Shown: positions 48,053 through 58,381 of the stretch, one piece after another
How the letters are laid out: every line of letters starts with the position of its first letter
Position numbering within the stretch: the first letter of the stretch is position 1
DNA from: a virus
Length of the DNA: 64,000 nt
IMG/VR virus record: IMGVR_UViG_3300037231_000129
Span: 34,025 to 98,024 of that record
Direction: 5' to 3' (one strand)
Notes under the pieces: generated by a model
What the model was told of the DNA's origin: nothing
Databases searched by the model: none
The model's input: only the letters and a program-made list of their open reading frames with translations
Program-made: the position numbers and the translations under genes

Positions 48053-49449
48053 TGCGACATGTCCGGATAGGACAGGATGGCATCCATACCCGGCATGTCG
48101 GGCTCGGAGCGATTATTCAGGATATTGCCGTATTTCTCCTGGCAGGTGATCCGCGTCTTGTCGCAGCCGGCGTCGAAGAAAAATGTGTCGCCGGCCTGGA
48201 TCGGGAAGTTCATCGCCAGCCAGAGCGTGACTTGGCTGCTGCTCGAATTATAGAGCTTCAGCTCCATGGCGGTGCCGGCATTTGCGCCGGTGATCCAGAC
48301 GATGGTGGAACTGGTCAGCGGCGAAGTGCCGAAATCCTGGATGGTGAAGCCGCCCAGATAATCGCCGGTTTTGAGGATGCTGCCCGGCTGGCCCGAGTTG
48401 TTGGTCAGATAGATGGCGTCGCCGACCAGCGCATAGGTCATGTCGAGATCGGAGGCCGGATACAGGCCACCGGAATACTCGCCGCCGGCGAGCTGCGCAT
48501 ACAGCGACGACAGGGCGTTCTGATTGCCCTCGTTGGCCTTCAGGTCGGAATAGGTGTGCCAGGCGAAGGTGTTGATCCCGTCGGAGATCTCGAGGCTGGT
48601 GCCGGCCGAGATGTTGTTCCAGACGGTGATGATGGCGCTGGTGGTGGAAACCGAGGCCACGCCCGGGAGCGTCAGCGGTCCGGAGACGAAGTTGGACTCG
48701 TCGGTTACCGAGACGACGGTGCCGATGCCGCGGAAATACGGCATCGACAGCCAGGTGATCGATCCATCGACGGTGGTGGCGCCGATCGCGGTGTTCCAGA
48801 CCGGTTCGGTGGATCCCGAGGTGCCGCTGTTCTGCGCCTGGAAGATCGCCACCTGCAGCGCCCCCGATGACGCCACCAACGGCCGCACAAAGGGCAGCGT
48901 GGTGTCCACCGCCGGCTCGTAGAGAGTGTTGGGTTGCCATTGCTGCGGAAAAACCGGGATCTTGCAGAGCGTGTCGCCGAAGTCGGCGCGGCAGGTCGGC
49001 GAGTAGACATTCCCGAATTCCTGCACCAGCGCCTGGGTCAGCCCGCGCAGCTCGGCGATGAACATGCCGTCCGGCGCGAGGATCGTCTCACCGAGCCAGC
49101 CGTGCCGCAACCGGCAAATGCCCTGGGTCAGATCCATCCAGTTCACGGCGAAGATGTAGACGGACGCGTAATAATAGAGCCCGTTCTCCATGTCCTGCTG
49201 GGTAATTGCGTCGTCGGAGAAGAAGCCGATGCATTCGAGGTTGTCGACCGAGCCGCGCGAGCCGGTCGAGATCGCGGACCGCGAAAAGCCGACGGTGGAC
49301 TGATAGGTGACGCCGCTGACGACGAGATCTTCGTCGAACGAGGTGAACGCGAAGGTGACGCCGTCGGTTCGCACCACCATCCAGCATACGGTCATGGTCG
49401 TCAGCGGTTGTGCCAGGTGGGCCGCGAGTTCCGCGGTGATTGTTTTCAT
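48049..49449 (-). CDS. DUF2163/BR0599 baseplate hub protein with internal insertion
   Basis: CW.V.RTDG..F.FT.FD.DL, F.AELRGL, CRADFGD..C, AGCDK...C..KY.N..N.R.EP.MPG. Confidence 0.9.
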   Translation of the reverse strand: MKTITAELAAHLAQPLTTMTVCWMVVRTDGVTFAFTSFDEDLVVSGVTYQSTVGFSRSAISTGSRGSVDNLECIGFFSDDAITQQDMENGLYYYASVYIFAVNWMDLTQGICRLRHGWLGETILAPDGMFIAELRGLTQALVQEFGNVYSPTCRADFGDTLCKIPVFPQQWQPNTLYEPAVDTTLPFVRPLVASSGALQVAIFQAQNSGTSGSTEPVWNTAIGATTVDGSITWLSMPYFRGIGTVVSVTDESNFVSGPLTLPGVASVSTTSAIITVWNNISAGTSLEISDGINTFAWHTYSDLKANEGNQNALSSLYAQLAGGEYSGGLYPASDLDMTYALVGDAIYLTNNSGQPGSILKTGDYLGGFTIQDFGTSPLTSSTIVWITGANAGTAMELKLYNSSSSQVTLWLAMNFPIQAGDTFFFDAGCDKTRITCQEKYGNILNNRSEPDMPGMDAILSYPDMSQ

Positions 49450-50105
49450 CAGAGGATGTCCCTGATCTCGACAATAGGAATTGGTCCCCAAGCGAAATTA
49501 TCGGTGGTGGTGGTGGTGACCTTCATGTCGTCCGTGTCGAACCGCACGGGCGTGTCGAACTCGGTATAGCCGGCAATGGCATGTCCGGTCGTCGCGGCGA
49601 GCGCGAAGCTCAGGTGGACTATTCCCTGGGTCAGATCCACAGAGTAGTCCGGACCTTCAACCATTGGCTCGCCATTGTTGAAAAAGGCGTAGCTGCCCGC
49701 CACCGGCTTCTGGATCAGCCGGACGTAGGAACCGCCGACGTCGGTATAGATCTTCACCAGTTGGAACGTCACGGTGGTTCCATCGGTGGTGAGAAAGACC
49801 GGGAACGGGAATAGATCGCCGGGGACCGCATACCACCGTGGCAGCCGATAATCCGACCAGTCCTTGAACCGGAAGCCCCATGCTTTGCCGTTGCGGGCAT
49901 GGAAGAAGTCGAGCAGCTCCTCGATCTGCTGCTGGGTTTTCAGGCCGGTTGAGACATCCCACTCGCCGCGGCGGTTGGCCCAGTTGATGTTGCGATGCTC
50001 GTAGCCGGACGACAGGGTTTGCACGGTGGTGCTGAACCTCGGGCCGCCGACGGCGCCCTGGCTGATAAAGGGCGGAAATTGCACTTCCTGGAAGGAGATC
50101 CCCAT
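49449..50105 (-). CDS. DUF2460 distal tail protein
   Basis: F.EV.FP..IS.GA.GGP.FST, FF.AR.G...GFRFKDW.DY, FDTPVRFDTD. Confidence 0.92.
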   Translation of the reverse strand: MGISFQEVQFPPFISQGAVGGPRFSTTVQTLSSGYEHRNINWANRRGEWDVSTGLKTQQQIEELLDFFHARNGKAWGFRFKDWSDYRLPRWYAVPGDLFPFPVFLTTDGTTVTFQLVKIYTDVGGSYVRLIQKPVAGSYAFFNNGEPMVEGPDYSVDLTQGIVHLSFALAATTGHAIAGYTEFDTPVRFDTDDMKVTTTTTDNFAWGPIPIVEIRDIL

Positions 50106-53100
50106 TACCCTGACCGTCCCTGATTCCGCTGCAATTGCGCGGACGCCTTCGCATGCAGCTGGGATTGCGTCGCCATGAAGCTGTTGGCATCCGGCGTGGT
50201 GATGTTGAAATTGACCACGGGCGCCGCGCCGCTGCCACCATGCGCGGTGACCCCGAGCTGGCCGCTGGGACCGCGTTTCAGCGGCATGATCGCCTCCGAG
50301 CCTGCCTCGCCCATAAGGCCGACCGAAGCACCGTTGGCGAAGCGGAAGAACGTCGGAAAATGCACGACCTGGTTCTCGTAATCGGCGATGCCGCGGCCTT
50401 TGCCCGGCCGTCTCGACGAGTAGACGTTGCCCATGGCGCTATCGAACACGTCGTCCAGTGCGCTGGCATCCACGCCACTGGCGCCGGCGCCGGTGGCCGC
50501 ATCGCCGACCGCGCCCGCATCCCAGGCCCCGCTGTCGATCCCGTTGTCGGCCGCGCTGGATGCGACGCCGCTGCCGTCATCCCAGGATCCGCTGTCGATG
50601 CCGCTGTTGGCATTGTTGCCTGATCCGCTGCCGCTGCCTTTGAACAGCGAGCCGATCAGGCCACCGCCTTTGTAGTAGCCCTGGCCGGCGATCGCATCGA
50701 CCAGGCTGCCGGTCAGACCACCGGCATGGGAGAAAAGGCCAGCGAGGCCACCAGACGAACTACTGCTGCCGCTTCCGCTTCCACCACCGCCTGAGCCACC
50801 GCCTGAGCCGCCGCCGCCTCCGCCACCACTGCCGCCACCGCTTGCCCGGCCACCACCGCCACTGTCAGCCCCTGACCCGGTCTGCGCATCGTAGGCGGCG
50901 CTGTCGGCCGCCGCAGCGGTAGGGTCATCCCATGATCCGGTATCGACGCCACCACCGCCGCCGCCGCCTCCACCACCACCGCCGAACAGACGGCCGAGAG
51001 CACCGAATATACCGCCGCTGGAGCTGCCGCCGCCCGATCCGCCTCCACCACCGCCGGATCCACCCCCGCCGCCCCCAGCGAGGCCCTTGGCGGCCGCTCC
51101 GATGTCCGAGCCGACACCACCGCCGCCCGAGCCACCGCCGCCGCCTCCGCCGCCTCCGCCGCTTTTGGTGCCACCCGCCGGATCGCCGCCACCGAACAGC
51201 GACGAGATCATGTTCTCGAAGGGCTTGTAGACCACCGCCTTCAGGGCGATGCCCTCGAGATCCTTGGCGAGTCCCTGCAAGGCTTGATGACCATGCTCGC
51301 CGCCGATCGCCACCGCCGAGAACATGGATTCGAAAGCGCCTTCCGTGCTGGCGATCGTGTCGCGGGTCTGGGCCAGCTGCTTATTCTGAGCGGCCAGCGC
51401 ATCGGCGGCCTTGTTGTCGCTCAACATCTGCTGGCCTTCCGGCGTTTGCTCGAGTCCGGGATTTGCGTCGAATTTCTGCTGGGTGGTGATGCTGCGTTGC
51501 GCGGAGGCCTGCTGCTCGGGAGAGGCGAAGGGGCCCAGGCTGTTGACGCCGCTCTGCACCGCCTGGCTGTTTTCGGTGGCGACGTTGGTCTGGGCCTGCT
51601 CCTTACGCGCGGCGGCGAGCTGTTCGTTGAACAGCTCCTGACTGCGCGCGGCGGCATCCACCACGCCAGAGCCACGCGCCAGGGTCTCCTGATGCACCTG
51701 CAGCTCTCGGTCGAACGCCGCCAGCGCGGCTTGACCACGGCCGTAGCCGCTGCTGAGGGCGTCGGCCTCGCCGGCTGAAGCTGCGGTGCGGCTGGTGGTT
51801 TCATACGAGGCGACGCCTTGTTCGCCCTGCTGGCCGGTGATGATGCCCTGTTGCTGTCGGGCGCCTTCTCGTGCGCCGAGATCAGTAGGCAGGTTGGGAT
51901 TGAGCTCGATGACCCGCGCGGCATTGCCGGTTTGGCCCTGGGCGTTGAACGCGTTGCGCCGGATCGCGGCACTCTGTTGCACGTCAAATCGTTCCCGTGC
52001 CTGCTGGTCAGTGTATTCCTGGTCGGTGCGGGTGTTCGACTGGTTCTGGTTCACGAGGCCAGTCTGCGCGTCGACTTCGCCCGGGGTTTGACCGGGCATC
52101 GCCACTGGCTGTCCGGAAGCCATGTTGGCAGCCAACAACGAGGCGGCGACCTGCTGCTGACGTGCCGGTGATCCGGTGACGGTACCGTAGGACCGCCCGG
52201 CTGCCACAACATCGCCGCCGGCGGCCGTCAGGCGAGCGCGATACTCGCGGGCGGCCGCCTCGATCGAGGTTGCCGGATCGTATTTGTCGCCACCGCCCAG
52301 ATAGACATTCCCGTCGATCTGCTGGCCCAGCCCGCCGGCGGTGCTCGCCGGCGCACCACCGGGGCCGGATCCGTTGCGCACATTCCGAAAACTGGATTCA
52401 TTCCCGATGATCTCGGCAAGCATCGTCGGCGTGAGGTTGTTGTTGGCGGCCGATTTGTTGATATCTCCCATGTAGGGCTGTGCCGCGGGATTATTGATCC
52501 AGAGCGGGCTGCGGGCCGCGCCGGCGGTCGGCACCGGCGCCTGGGAGGCCGTCATAGACTGGACGTAGACCTGGCGGTTGGCCTCGAGGGCGGCGCGCTG
52601 GGACGGCGGCGCGGCCATCAGCATGCGGGTGAAGGTCTCATTCATCGCGCCGGTTCGCGTGGCGTCCACATTTTGCGCCGCCTGAGCCGTGAGATCCTGC
52701 TCGCGGCGCAGCTCCTTCATGACTTGCAGCTTGCTTTCGAGGATTCCCTGGTCCCGGGTGTTGGCGTCGGCGATCGCCGCCGTCAGGGTTTTCTGGTCCT
52801 GCAGGATCTGCGCGGCCTGCCCGGCTGTCGCATTCTGATCGTGCATGATCTTCAGCAGATCGTCGGCGTCGGTGACCTGACCGCGCAGCGCGGTTTCCGC
52901 GCCGGCGGCGGTGACGGCGGTTTGGTTATGCTGCGCGGTGGTCGCGGCATGTGCGGCGTCCTGGCGCACCATTTGCGACTGGATCGACCTGTCACTGGGC
53001 AGTTGGCCGCCTCTGACCTGGCCCGCAACTTGTTGCCTGACCGCCAGTTGCTGCTGTGCAATCAGCCGCGTCGCATCGTTGGCGCCACTGGTGTTCAGCC

Positions 53101-54994
53101 GCCGGGCGAGATCGATCTGTTCGGCGATGTCGCTGTTCGCGCTCTGCGTTGCATCGTTGGTCGATCGGCCCTGGGTGATGCGCTGGGCAATCGTCAGCAC
53201 GCCGGCCTCGATCGCCGCCTTCGCCGCCTGGTCGTCGGTAGCGCCGATCCGCAACGCTTGATTGCGTGCATTCCACGCCCGGGTGAAATCTTCCGCTGCG
53301 CTACGGCCCTTCTGCACCGCAACGGCGAGGCCTTCTTGCAGCTCGATCTGCTTGTCGGTGTCTTCGGACTCGCCTTGCAGCTGGCCGGCCACCTGTTGGC
53401 GGAAGGCCCCCTGGCCGACATCGGCTTCGCCGCGCGACAGCTGGGCGCTGCGGGTGATACCCCCCAATGGCGTATCAACCGGCATGTTGGTGGCAGCCTC
53501 GCCACGGATCTGACCGAGATAGCGCAGCCCGAATTCGGCCGCGGCCCGGTCATTCGGCGATTGCGCCATGAGCAATGCCTGGCGGCCGGTTTCGTCGGCC
53601 GTCCGCATTTGAGGGGCGCGGGCGTAGATACTGTCCTGTTGCAGCGTGCCCAGCTGCGCGGCGGCGCGGCGCGTGCCCTGGGCATCGCCGAACGCCTGGC
53701 GGTACCGCCGCAGTGTATCGTCGGTGGCAAAATCGGTTACCCGCTGGTCGGCCTGGTTCATCGCTTCCAGCGAGCTGTCGCCCAGGTTCGACAGGATCCC
53801 GCCGGACTGCTCGCGCAAATAGCGCTCCTCGGACGGCGAGCGCCGCCGGTTATCCTGCAACAGCATCGGGTTGTAGCCGCCGAACAGGTTCTCAACCCGG
53901 CGTCCGGCTGCATACAAGGTCGCCCGGCCGCTACCATATTCCACGGCATCCATCTGCCGGCGGGCGGCGATTTCGTTCTGATTCGAGGAAAAGGTGCCGG
54001 AGGTGAAATTCCGTAGCATGTTCATCGGGCCGCTGTTCTCGATGCCCCGGCCGATGGTGCTCAAATAGGTCCGGTGCGCCTCCGCGTTGGGACCGGCGGC
54101 GATCGCCTCCGACGCGCGGCGTTGCGCGTTGTCGGTCTGGAACAAGCCGCCGGCAAAGGGATTGAGGCCAAGCCGGCTGAGGAAGCCTGTCCCCTGGGTG
54201 AACTGGGAACTGAGATCCTGCCGGCGTGCCTCGTTGCGGCTCAGATCGGTCAGCGCGCGGGCGATCTGCATCTGCTGGGAATCGATCTGCGCGGCCGCGC
54301 CGCTGCTCCGATCGGTCTGCCGGCGCTGAAAGTCGGTGATGTAAGGCTGGCTCTGCAACGCCGTCAGCTGCTGCGCGCCGAACGATGGCCCGAAGATCTG
54401 CTGGGCCGCCATCACGGTGCCCTGGTCCATGCGGTAGCCACGCAACTGGTCGGCGACGCGCTGCATCAGCTGGTCCGGCCGGTTTTGCGTGATGCCCTGC
54501 ATCGAGACGCCGAGCTGCGTCAGCGCCGTACGCGCTTGCAGGCCTTCGACCGTCTGGTTCTTCAGCGCCGCGGTGATCCGTTCGAAGCCGGTGCCCAGAT
54601 CGGCGATCGTCACGCGCAGCTCCCGCGCCTTGCTCATGTAGCGATCGAGCCCGTCGACCGTCGCGTTGAACGTCGTGGCGGCCGAGGCCGCGGCGACCAT
54701 GGTGACAGTGTACGCGGCCAGCGACTGTTGGCTGTCGTTCATCGCCTGGCGCTGCGCGTTCAACCGGACGTTCAAGCCGGTCAGCGTGCCGTCGAAGGTC
54801 CGCGTGGCGTCGACCAATTTGCCGATCCGGTCGCGCTGCTGGTCGTAGGCCTGCGACAGGTTGTTGGTCGCCGCGGTCTGCTGATTGACCTGCTGCTGGA
54901 CGCCGGCGGAGGTGGCTTTCAGTGATTCAAGGATCGCGATCGCCCGCTGCGCCTGGCTGGAATCAACCGCGAATTGGAGAGACGCGTCAGTCAT
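50105..54994 (-). CDS. tape measure protein with lytic transglycosylase-like domain
   Basis: 1629 aa Ala/Gln-rich; IIGNESSF..AGGLGQ SLT-like motif; C-terminal GLMGEAGSEAIMPLKR. Confidence 0.9.
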   Translation of the reverse strand: MTDASLQFAVDSSQAQRAIAILESLKATSAGVQQQVNQQTAATNNLSQAYDQQRDRIGKLVDATRTFDGTLTGLNVRLNAQRQAMNDSQQSLAAYTVTMVAAASAATTFNATVDGLDRYMSKARELRVTIADLGTGFERITAALKNQTVEGLQARTALTQLGVSMQGITQNRPDQLMQRVADQLRGYRMDQGTVMAAQQIFGPSFGAQQLTALQSQPYITDFQRRQTDRSSGAAAQIDSQQMQIARALTDLSRNEARRQDLSSQFTQGTGFLSRLGLNPFAGGLFQTDNAQRRASEAIAAGPNAEAHRTYLSTIGRGIENSGPMNMLRNFTSGTFSSNQNEIAARRQMDAVEYGSGRATLYAAGRRVENLFGGYNPMLLQDNRRRSPSEERYLREQSGGILSNLGDSSLEAMNQADQRVTDFATDDTLRRYRQAFGDAQGTRRAAAQLGTLQQDSIYARAPQMRTADETGRQALLMAQSPNDRAAAEFGLRYLGQIRGEAATNMPVDTPLGGITRSAQLSRGEADVGQGAFRQQVAGQLQGESEDTDKQIELQEGLAVAVQKGRSAAEDFTRAWNARNQALRIGATDDQAAKAAIEAGVLTIAQRITQGRSTNDATQSANSDIAEQIDLARRLNTSGANDATRLIAQQQLAVRQQVAGQVRGGQLPSDRSIQSQMVRQDAAHAATTAQHNQTAVTAAGAETALRGQVTDADDLLKIMHDQNATAGQAAQILQDQKTLTAAIADANTRDQGILESKLQVMKELRREQDLTAQAAQNVDATRTGAMNETFTRMLMAAPPSQRAALEANRQVYVQSMTASQAPVPTAGAARSPLWINNPAAQPYMGDINKSAANNNLTPTMLAEIIGNESSFRNVRNGSGPGGAPASTAGGLGQQIDGNVYLGGGDKYDPATSIEAAAREYRARLTAAGGDVVAAGRSYGTVTGSPARQQQVAASLLAANMASGQPVAMPGQTPGEVDAQTGLVNQNQSNTRTDQEYTDQQARERFDVQQSAAIRRNAFNAQGQTGNAARVIELNPNLPTDLGAREGARQQQGIITGQQGEQGVASYETTSRTAASAGEADALSSGYGRGQAALAAFDRELQVHQETLARGSGVVDAAARSQELFNEQLAAARKEQAQTNVATENSQAVQSGVNSLGPFASPEQQASAQRSITTQQKFDANPGLEQTPEGQQMLSDNKAADALAAQNKQLAQTRDTIASTEGAFESMFSAVAIGGEHGHQALQGLAKDLEGIALKAVVYKPFENMISSLFGGGDPAGGTKSGGGGGGGGGGSGGGGVGSDIGAAAKGLAGGGGGGSGGGGGGSGGGSSSGGIFGALGRLFGGGGGGGGGGGGVDTGSWDDPTAAAADSAAYDAQTGSGADSGGGGRASGGGSGGGGGGGSGGGSGGGGSGSGSSSSSGGLAGLFSHAGGLTGSLVDAIAGQGYYKGGGLIGSLFKGSGSGSGNNANSGIDSGSWDDGSGVASSAADNGIDSGAWDAGAVGDAATGAGASGVDASALDDVFDSAMGNVYSSRRPGKGRGIADYENQVVHFPTFFRFANGASVGLMGEAGSEAIMPLKRGPSGQLGVTAHGGSGAAPVVNFNITTPDANSFMATQSQLHAKASAQLQRNQGRSG

Positions 54995-55232
54995 CTGCTT
55001 CGTCTCCGGCCAGATCTTCCTGGCTGATCGTCTTCTTACGCACTATCGCCAGCCAAATGTCATCCAGTGCGGTGATCGCTTCGAGTTCCCATGGCCGCAA
55101 CGGCGTTCGGTAGAGGCGCGACCACGATTCGATGTCCGTCCAGCGCAGCGGCAGGAAATTCGCCCCGTTGATCGGCCGGTGCCGGCTGACCTGGACGAAC
55201 ATATTCCAGATGTAGCGCATCTCCGGCGGCAA
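54987..55232 (-). CDS. tail assembly chaperone, frameshift-extension part
   Basis: PL.WTDIESW.RL....L.PWELEAI..LD; frame is open upstream to the slippery site. Confidence 0.75.
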   Translation of the reverse strand: MPPEMRYIWNMFVQVSRHRPINGANFLPLRWTDIESWSRLYRTPLRPWELEAITALDDIWLAIVRKKTISQEDLAGDEADD

Positions 55233-55288
55233 TACCGGAGCTTCTCGGTCATGCGGCAGCCGCTTGCCCTTGGTGGCCTTGCGGTAGG

Positions 55289-55828
55289 CTACGAAGAGAT
55301 CGTGGAGTGTTCCGCCGGTCGGGAGGGGTCGTCTGACAAGGAACTGATATCGGGCGAATTTTTTGAGGTTCCGAAGACGGATGGCAAAAAATTTGCGTCA
55401 CCCAGCATGAAATCGAGCCCCTGCTGGCGGAAGAACGGCCAGCGCTTGCCGATCCAGAAGGTCCGCATGTTCTCGGGCGAGCAGTGAAACGGCTTGCCGT
55501 CGAGCACGGTGATCGTCCATTCGCGGGTGCAGGCGCAGAGCAGATCGGTGTTCTCGCGGTCGATGCGCTCCTGCGGAACCGGCGGGATCGGCATTCCGGG
55601 GTATTGTGCGGCAAACGTTTTTTGGTCGGTGGCGCGGACTTCGTTGATCGTCTTGATGGCAGCGGCGAACGCGGTGCTGTGGCGTCCCAGCAAAGTCACG
55701 GTCCAGGGGGTTTTTTCCTCGCTGTCCTCGTCGCGCAGCGCCACGCCGGTGAAGGGATGCCGCAGCGGCATGGCAACGCCCTTCTCGGATAGCGGCAAGA
55801 TATCGAACGAAGCGAGATCAGTTGCCAT
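55289..55828 (-). CDS. tail assembly chaperone
   Basis: G....LRHP.TG..L, position between tail tube and tape measure, D.ANF near slippery site. Confidence 0.8.
   Translation of the reverse strand: MATDLASFDILPLSEKGVAMPLRHPFTGVALRDEDSEEKTPWTVTLLGRHSTAFAAAIKTINEVRATDQKTFAAQYPGMPIPPVPQERIDRENTDLLCACTREWTITVLDGKPFHCSPENMRTFWIGKRWPFFRQQGLDFMLGDANFLPSVFGTSKNSPDISSLSDDPSRPAEHSTISS
55385..55394 (-). other. -1 programmed frameshift slippery site
   Basis: GCA AAT TTT TTG contains in-frame A-AAT-TTT; the -1 frame is open to 54987. Confidence 0.7.
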
Positions 55829-56327
55829 GCGAATCGTCTCCCTGAATGGGCGGGAGCCTATGAGCATGGACTATCGATAACAATGGCTTGGTATCCGGCG
55901 CTTGTTCATCGACGAAAAGATGACAGGCGCCGCAATAGCGTTCGCGGGCGTCCACAGGGTGGTGGCTGGTGCGCCCGCAATAGGGACAGGTAAACGCCAT
56001 TAATCCGTGGCGACGCGCGCACCCGGGATCGATGATGCGCCGCCGATGCTGCTGGCGCCGGCGATCGTGGTTTTCTGCTCCAGCGGCGCCGCAGCAGGTA
56101 CTGAAGCGGCGCCGGCGAGCGTTGCCCCGCCGATCGTGGAAGCACCACCCACAGAGGCCGCGCCGGTGACCGTGCTTGGCGCTTCCAGGTTGAAAGCCAT
56201 GATGGCGGTGACAGTGGCCGTCTGGAGATCCTTCGCCCCGACATGCGCCTGGATCTGCTTGAGCCGAGTGAACTGAGCTTCGGTCAGCGTGGTGGTAAAC
56301 AGCATGGCAATCTCCTCGGGATGAAGG

Positions 56328-57521
56328 TCAGGCGGCACTGTCTTGAATGACCAGGGTGGTCATGTCGATAGTGTCGTCCGCCAGGTTCAGCAGCGCCGTA
56401 TAGGTGAACGACTGCACCAGGCTCATTTGCCCATCGGATTTCTGCTGACCCATCAGCTTCACCCGCGGCAGGGTGAACCGCATGAAGTCGTCGGTTTCGT
56501 CGCCCATCGTCAGCATGATGCTGATGCCGACTTCGATTTCGTTGTAGAATGTGTCGGCGATCACCTGGTTTTCGAACAGCGCGGTGAAGCTTCCGGTCAC
56601 GATCATCGTACCGAGGAAGATCCAGGGCACCACATTCGAGCCGATGACCGGGGGCGCCTCCATCGCCGGCGCGATGCTGATGGTGGCGCCGGTGATGATT
56701 ACCTCGTCGACGTTGTTGTAGCTCATCGAGCCATTGACCGCGGCCAATGCGCTGGTGGTAGTTGGACCGGTCGGATCGGTGAGCTGCTGCGACACCCCGC
56801 TGGTCATGTTCTGCCCCATCATTTGCGAGGTGAACGTGACCAGGCCGGTGGCCGGCAGCTGGATCGTCGTCTGGCCGATCCGGCAACCGGTGAAGAGTTC
56901 GGAGACCTCGATGTCGGAGAACCAGTGCTCGATCGCGTAGCTGGCGTAGATCTGGCCGCTGGTTGGCATGATCAGCTTCTTGCCCACCACCGTCACTGTC
57001 AGGCCGACCAGCGCGCCCAGGGTCAGCCCCTCGGGCAGGTCGCGGGTGGTGATGACGGTGTCCGACAGGCCGTTGATTCGCAGATTGACGCCGTTCAAGG
57101 CGGTGTTGGGCGCGATGGCGCCGCTGATCTGAACGACGTCCTCGCGCAGCAGCCCGGCCGCGAGCAGGCCGCCGCCGACCAGTGTCAGCGTGCCGGCGAT
57201 GACGTTCAAGGTCAGATCGACGGTCGACAAGATCGAGCCGGTGGCGAACGTCCCGCGCAGCAGCCCCTGCCAGAAGGCGTCGAAGCTGCCCGGGCTCATC
57301 TGGCCTGAGAAGGTGCCGGCGGGCCGGCGAACGCCGTGGCGGGCGTCCTCGATCTGCTGGGAGGGCAGGATTTCCTGGCTCTGGTAGCTGTCGATGTTGA
57401 GCACCAGGTCGGAACTGGTGCGCCGCAGGTAGACGCCACCGGTGACCGGGCTCGTTCCGAAGACTTCTTCCAGAGCGATCGCCACCTTTTTGGCGACGCC
57501 TGTAGCGAAAGTGCCAGACAT
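56328..57521 (-). CDS. major tail (tube) protein
   Basis: E..FG..P, S.EI....Q..D.RHG.R, Y.IEHWFSDI..SELFTGC; AAGGAG SD at the ATG. Confidence 0.85.
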   Translation of the reverse strand: MSGTFATGVAKKVAIALEEVFGTSPVTGGVYLRRTSSDLVLNIDSYQSQEILPSQQIEDARHGVRRPAGTFSGQMSPGSFDAFWQGLLRGTFATGSILSTVDLTLNVIAGTLTLVGGGLLAAGLLREDVVQISGAIAPNTALNGVNLRINGLSDTVITTRDLPEGLTLGALVGLTVTVVGKKLIMPTSGQIYASYAIEHWFSDIEVSELFTGCRIGQTTIQLPATGLVTFTSQMMGQNMTSGVSQQLTDPTGPTTTSALAAVNGSMSYNNVDEVIITGATISIAPAMEAPPVIGSNVVPWIFLGTMIVTGSFTALFENQVIADTFYNEIEVGISIMLTMGDETDDFMRFTLPRVKLMGQQKSDGQMSLVQSFTYTALLNLADDTIDMTTLVIQDSAA

Positions 57522-57541
57522 GTTCGTCTCCTTAAAAGGCG

Positions 57542-57958
57542 TTACGGGGCTTCCGTCGCGAACCAGTGGATCTGCACGGGCAGGATCGACCAGTCGCCGA
57601 AAGCGGTAGGCATCGGCGCCGTGCTGTATTCGATCGTCAGGACGTTGCCGCCGAACGTCGGCAGGTTGGCGCCGCGGGCGAAGGTGTTCATGACCCTCTG
57701 CGCCCAGATTTCTTGCGATCGTGTGCCGGCGTCGCGCGGCACCGTCACGCCGACCTGGTAGATGCCGACCCACTGAATGATGCCGTCGGCGCCGATGCCC
57801 AGCGGGGTCTTATTCCGGCCGGCGTTTTCGACGCCGAGATAGGGAATACCCTTCTTCGGGGTATAGATCTTGTTCGGCCACGCGATCTCGTTGGTGATAC
57901 CCGCCTCGGTCAGCGCGGTGTTCAGTGCATCGGTGTAATAGCGGAGATCAACGCTCAC
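57542..57958 (-). CDS. tail terminator protein
   Basis: IAWPN....P..G..YL ... GIYQV.V.VP...G; synteny. Confidence 0.75.
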   Translation of the reverse strand: MSVDLRYYTDALNTALTEAGITNEIAWPNKIYTPKKGIPYLGVENAGRNKTPLGIGADGIIQWVGIYQVGVTVPRDAGTRSQEIWAQRVMNTFARGANLPTFGGNVLTIEYSTAPMPTAFGDWSILPVQIHWFATEAP

Positions 57959-58380
57959 GGCTGCACCGCCGATCCGCCGCCGAGCACGCGCTGTTTCGCC
58001 TTTTCAGCGATCTCGGGCATTTCGGTCATGGTCTGGGTCATCATGTGCCGACCCTGCTGATTGTAGTAACGGCCGAGGCTGTCTTCGCCGACGAAGCCGA
58101 ATTCTATGCGGCGGGCGTAGGCCACCGGGTTGATGATCAGGATGACGTCGCCCACCTCGGCGTCAGCGATCGCCACACCTGGCGGCGACACGCGGCCGGC
58201 CACCGGCTCGGCATCGCCCTTGCGGATGGCGGTCCAGTTCGACCGCAGGAATCCGGTTTTGACTGGGGTCAGCTCCTGCACCCGCATGACTGCGTCGAAG
58301 GCGATTGCCTGGAAGACGTCGGAAGCGAGCCCCTTGGCCTCGTTGCACCATTTGCTGACGTCTGAGGTGAAATCGGCCAT
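57955..58380 (-). CDS. HK97 gp10-like neck/tail completion protein
   Basis: TPVKTGFLRSNW, N...YARRIEFG. Confidence 0.8.
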   Translation of the reverse strand: MADFTSDVSKWCNEAKGLASDVFQAIAFDAVMRVQELTPVKTGFLRSNWTAIRKGDAEPVAGRVSPPGVAIADAEVGDVILIINPVAYARRIEFGFVGEDSLGRYYNQQGRHMMTQTMTEMPEIAEKAKQRVLGGGSAVQP

Positions 58381-58381
58381 C

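Noticed and set aside
50600-51200. GGC/GGT-rich tract as an independent repeat element
   Set aside because: It encodes the Gly-rich linker of the tape measure protein in frame.
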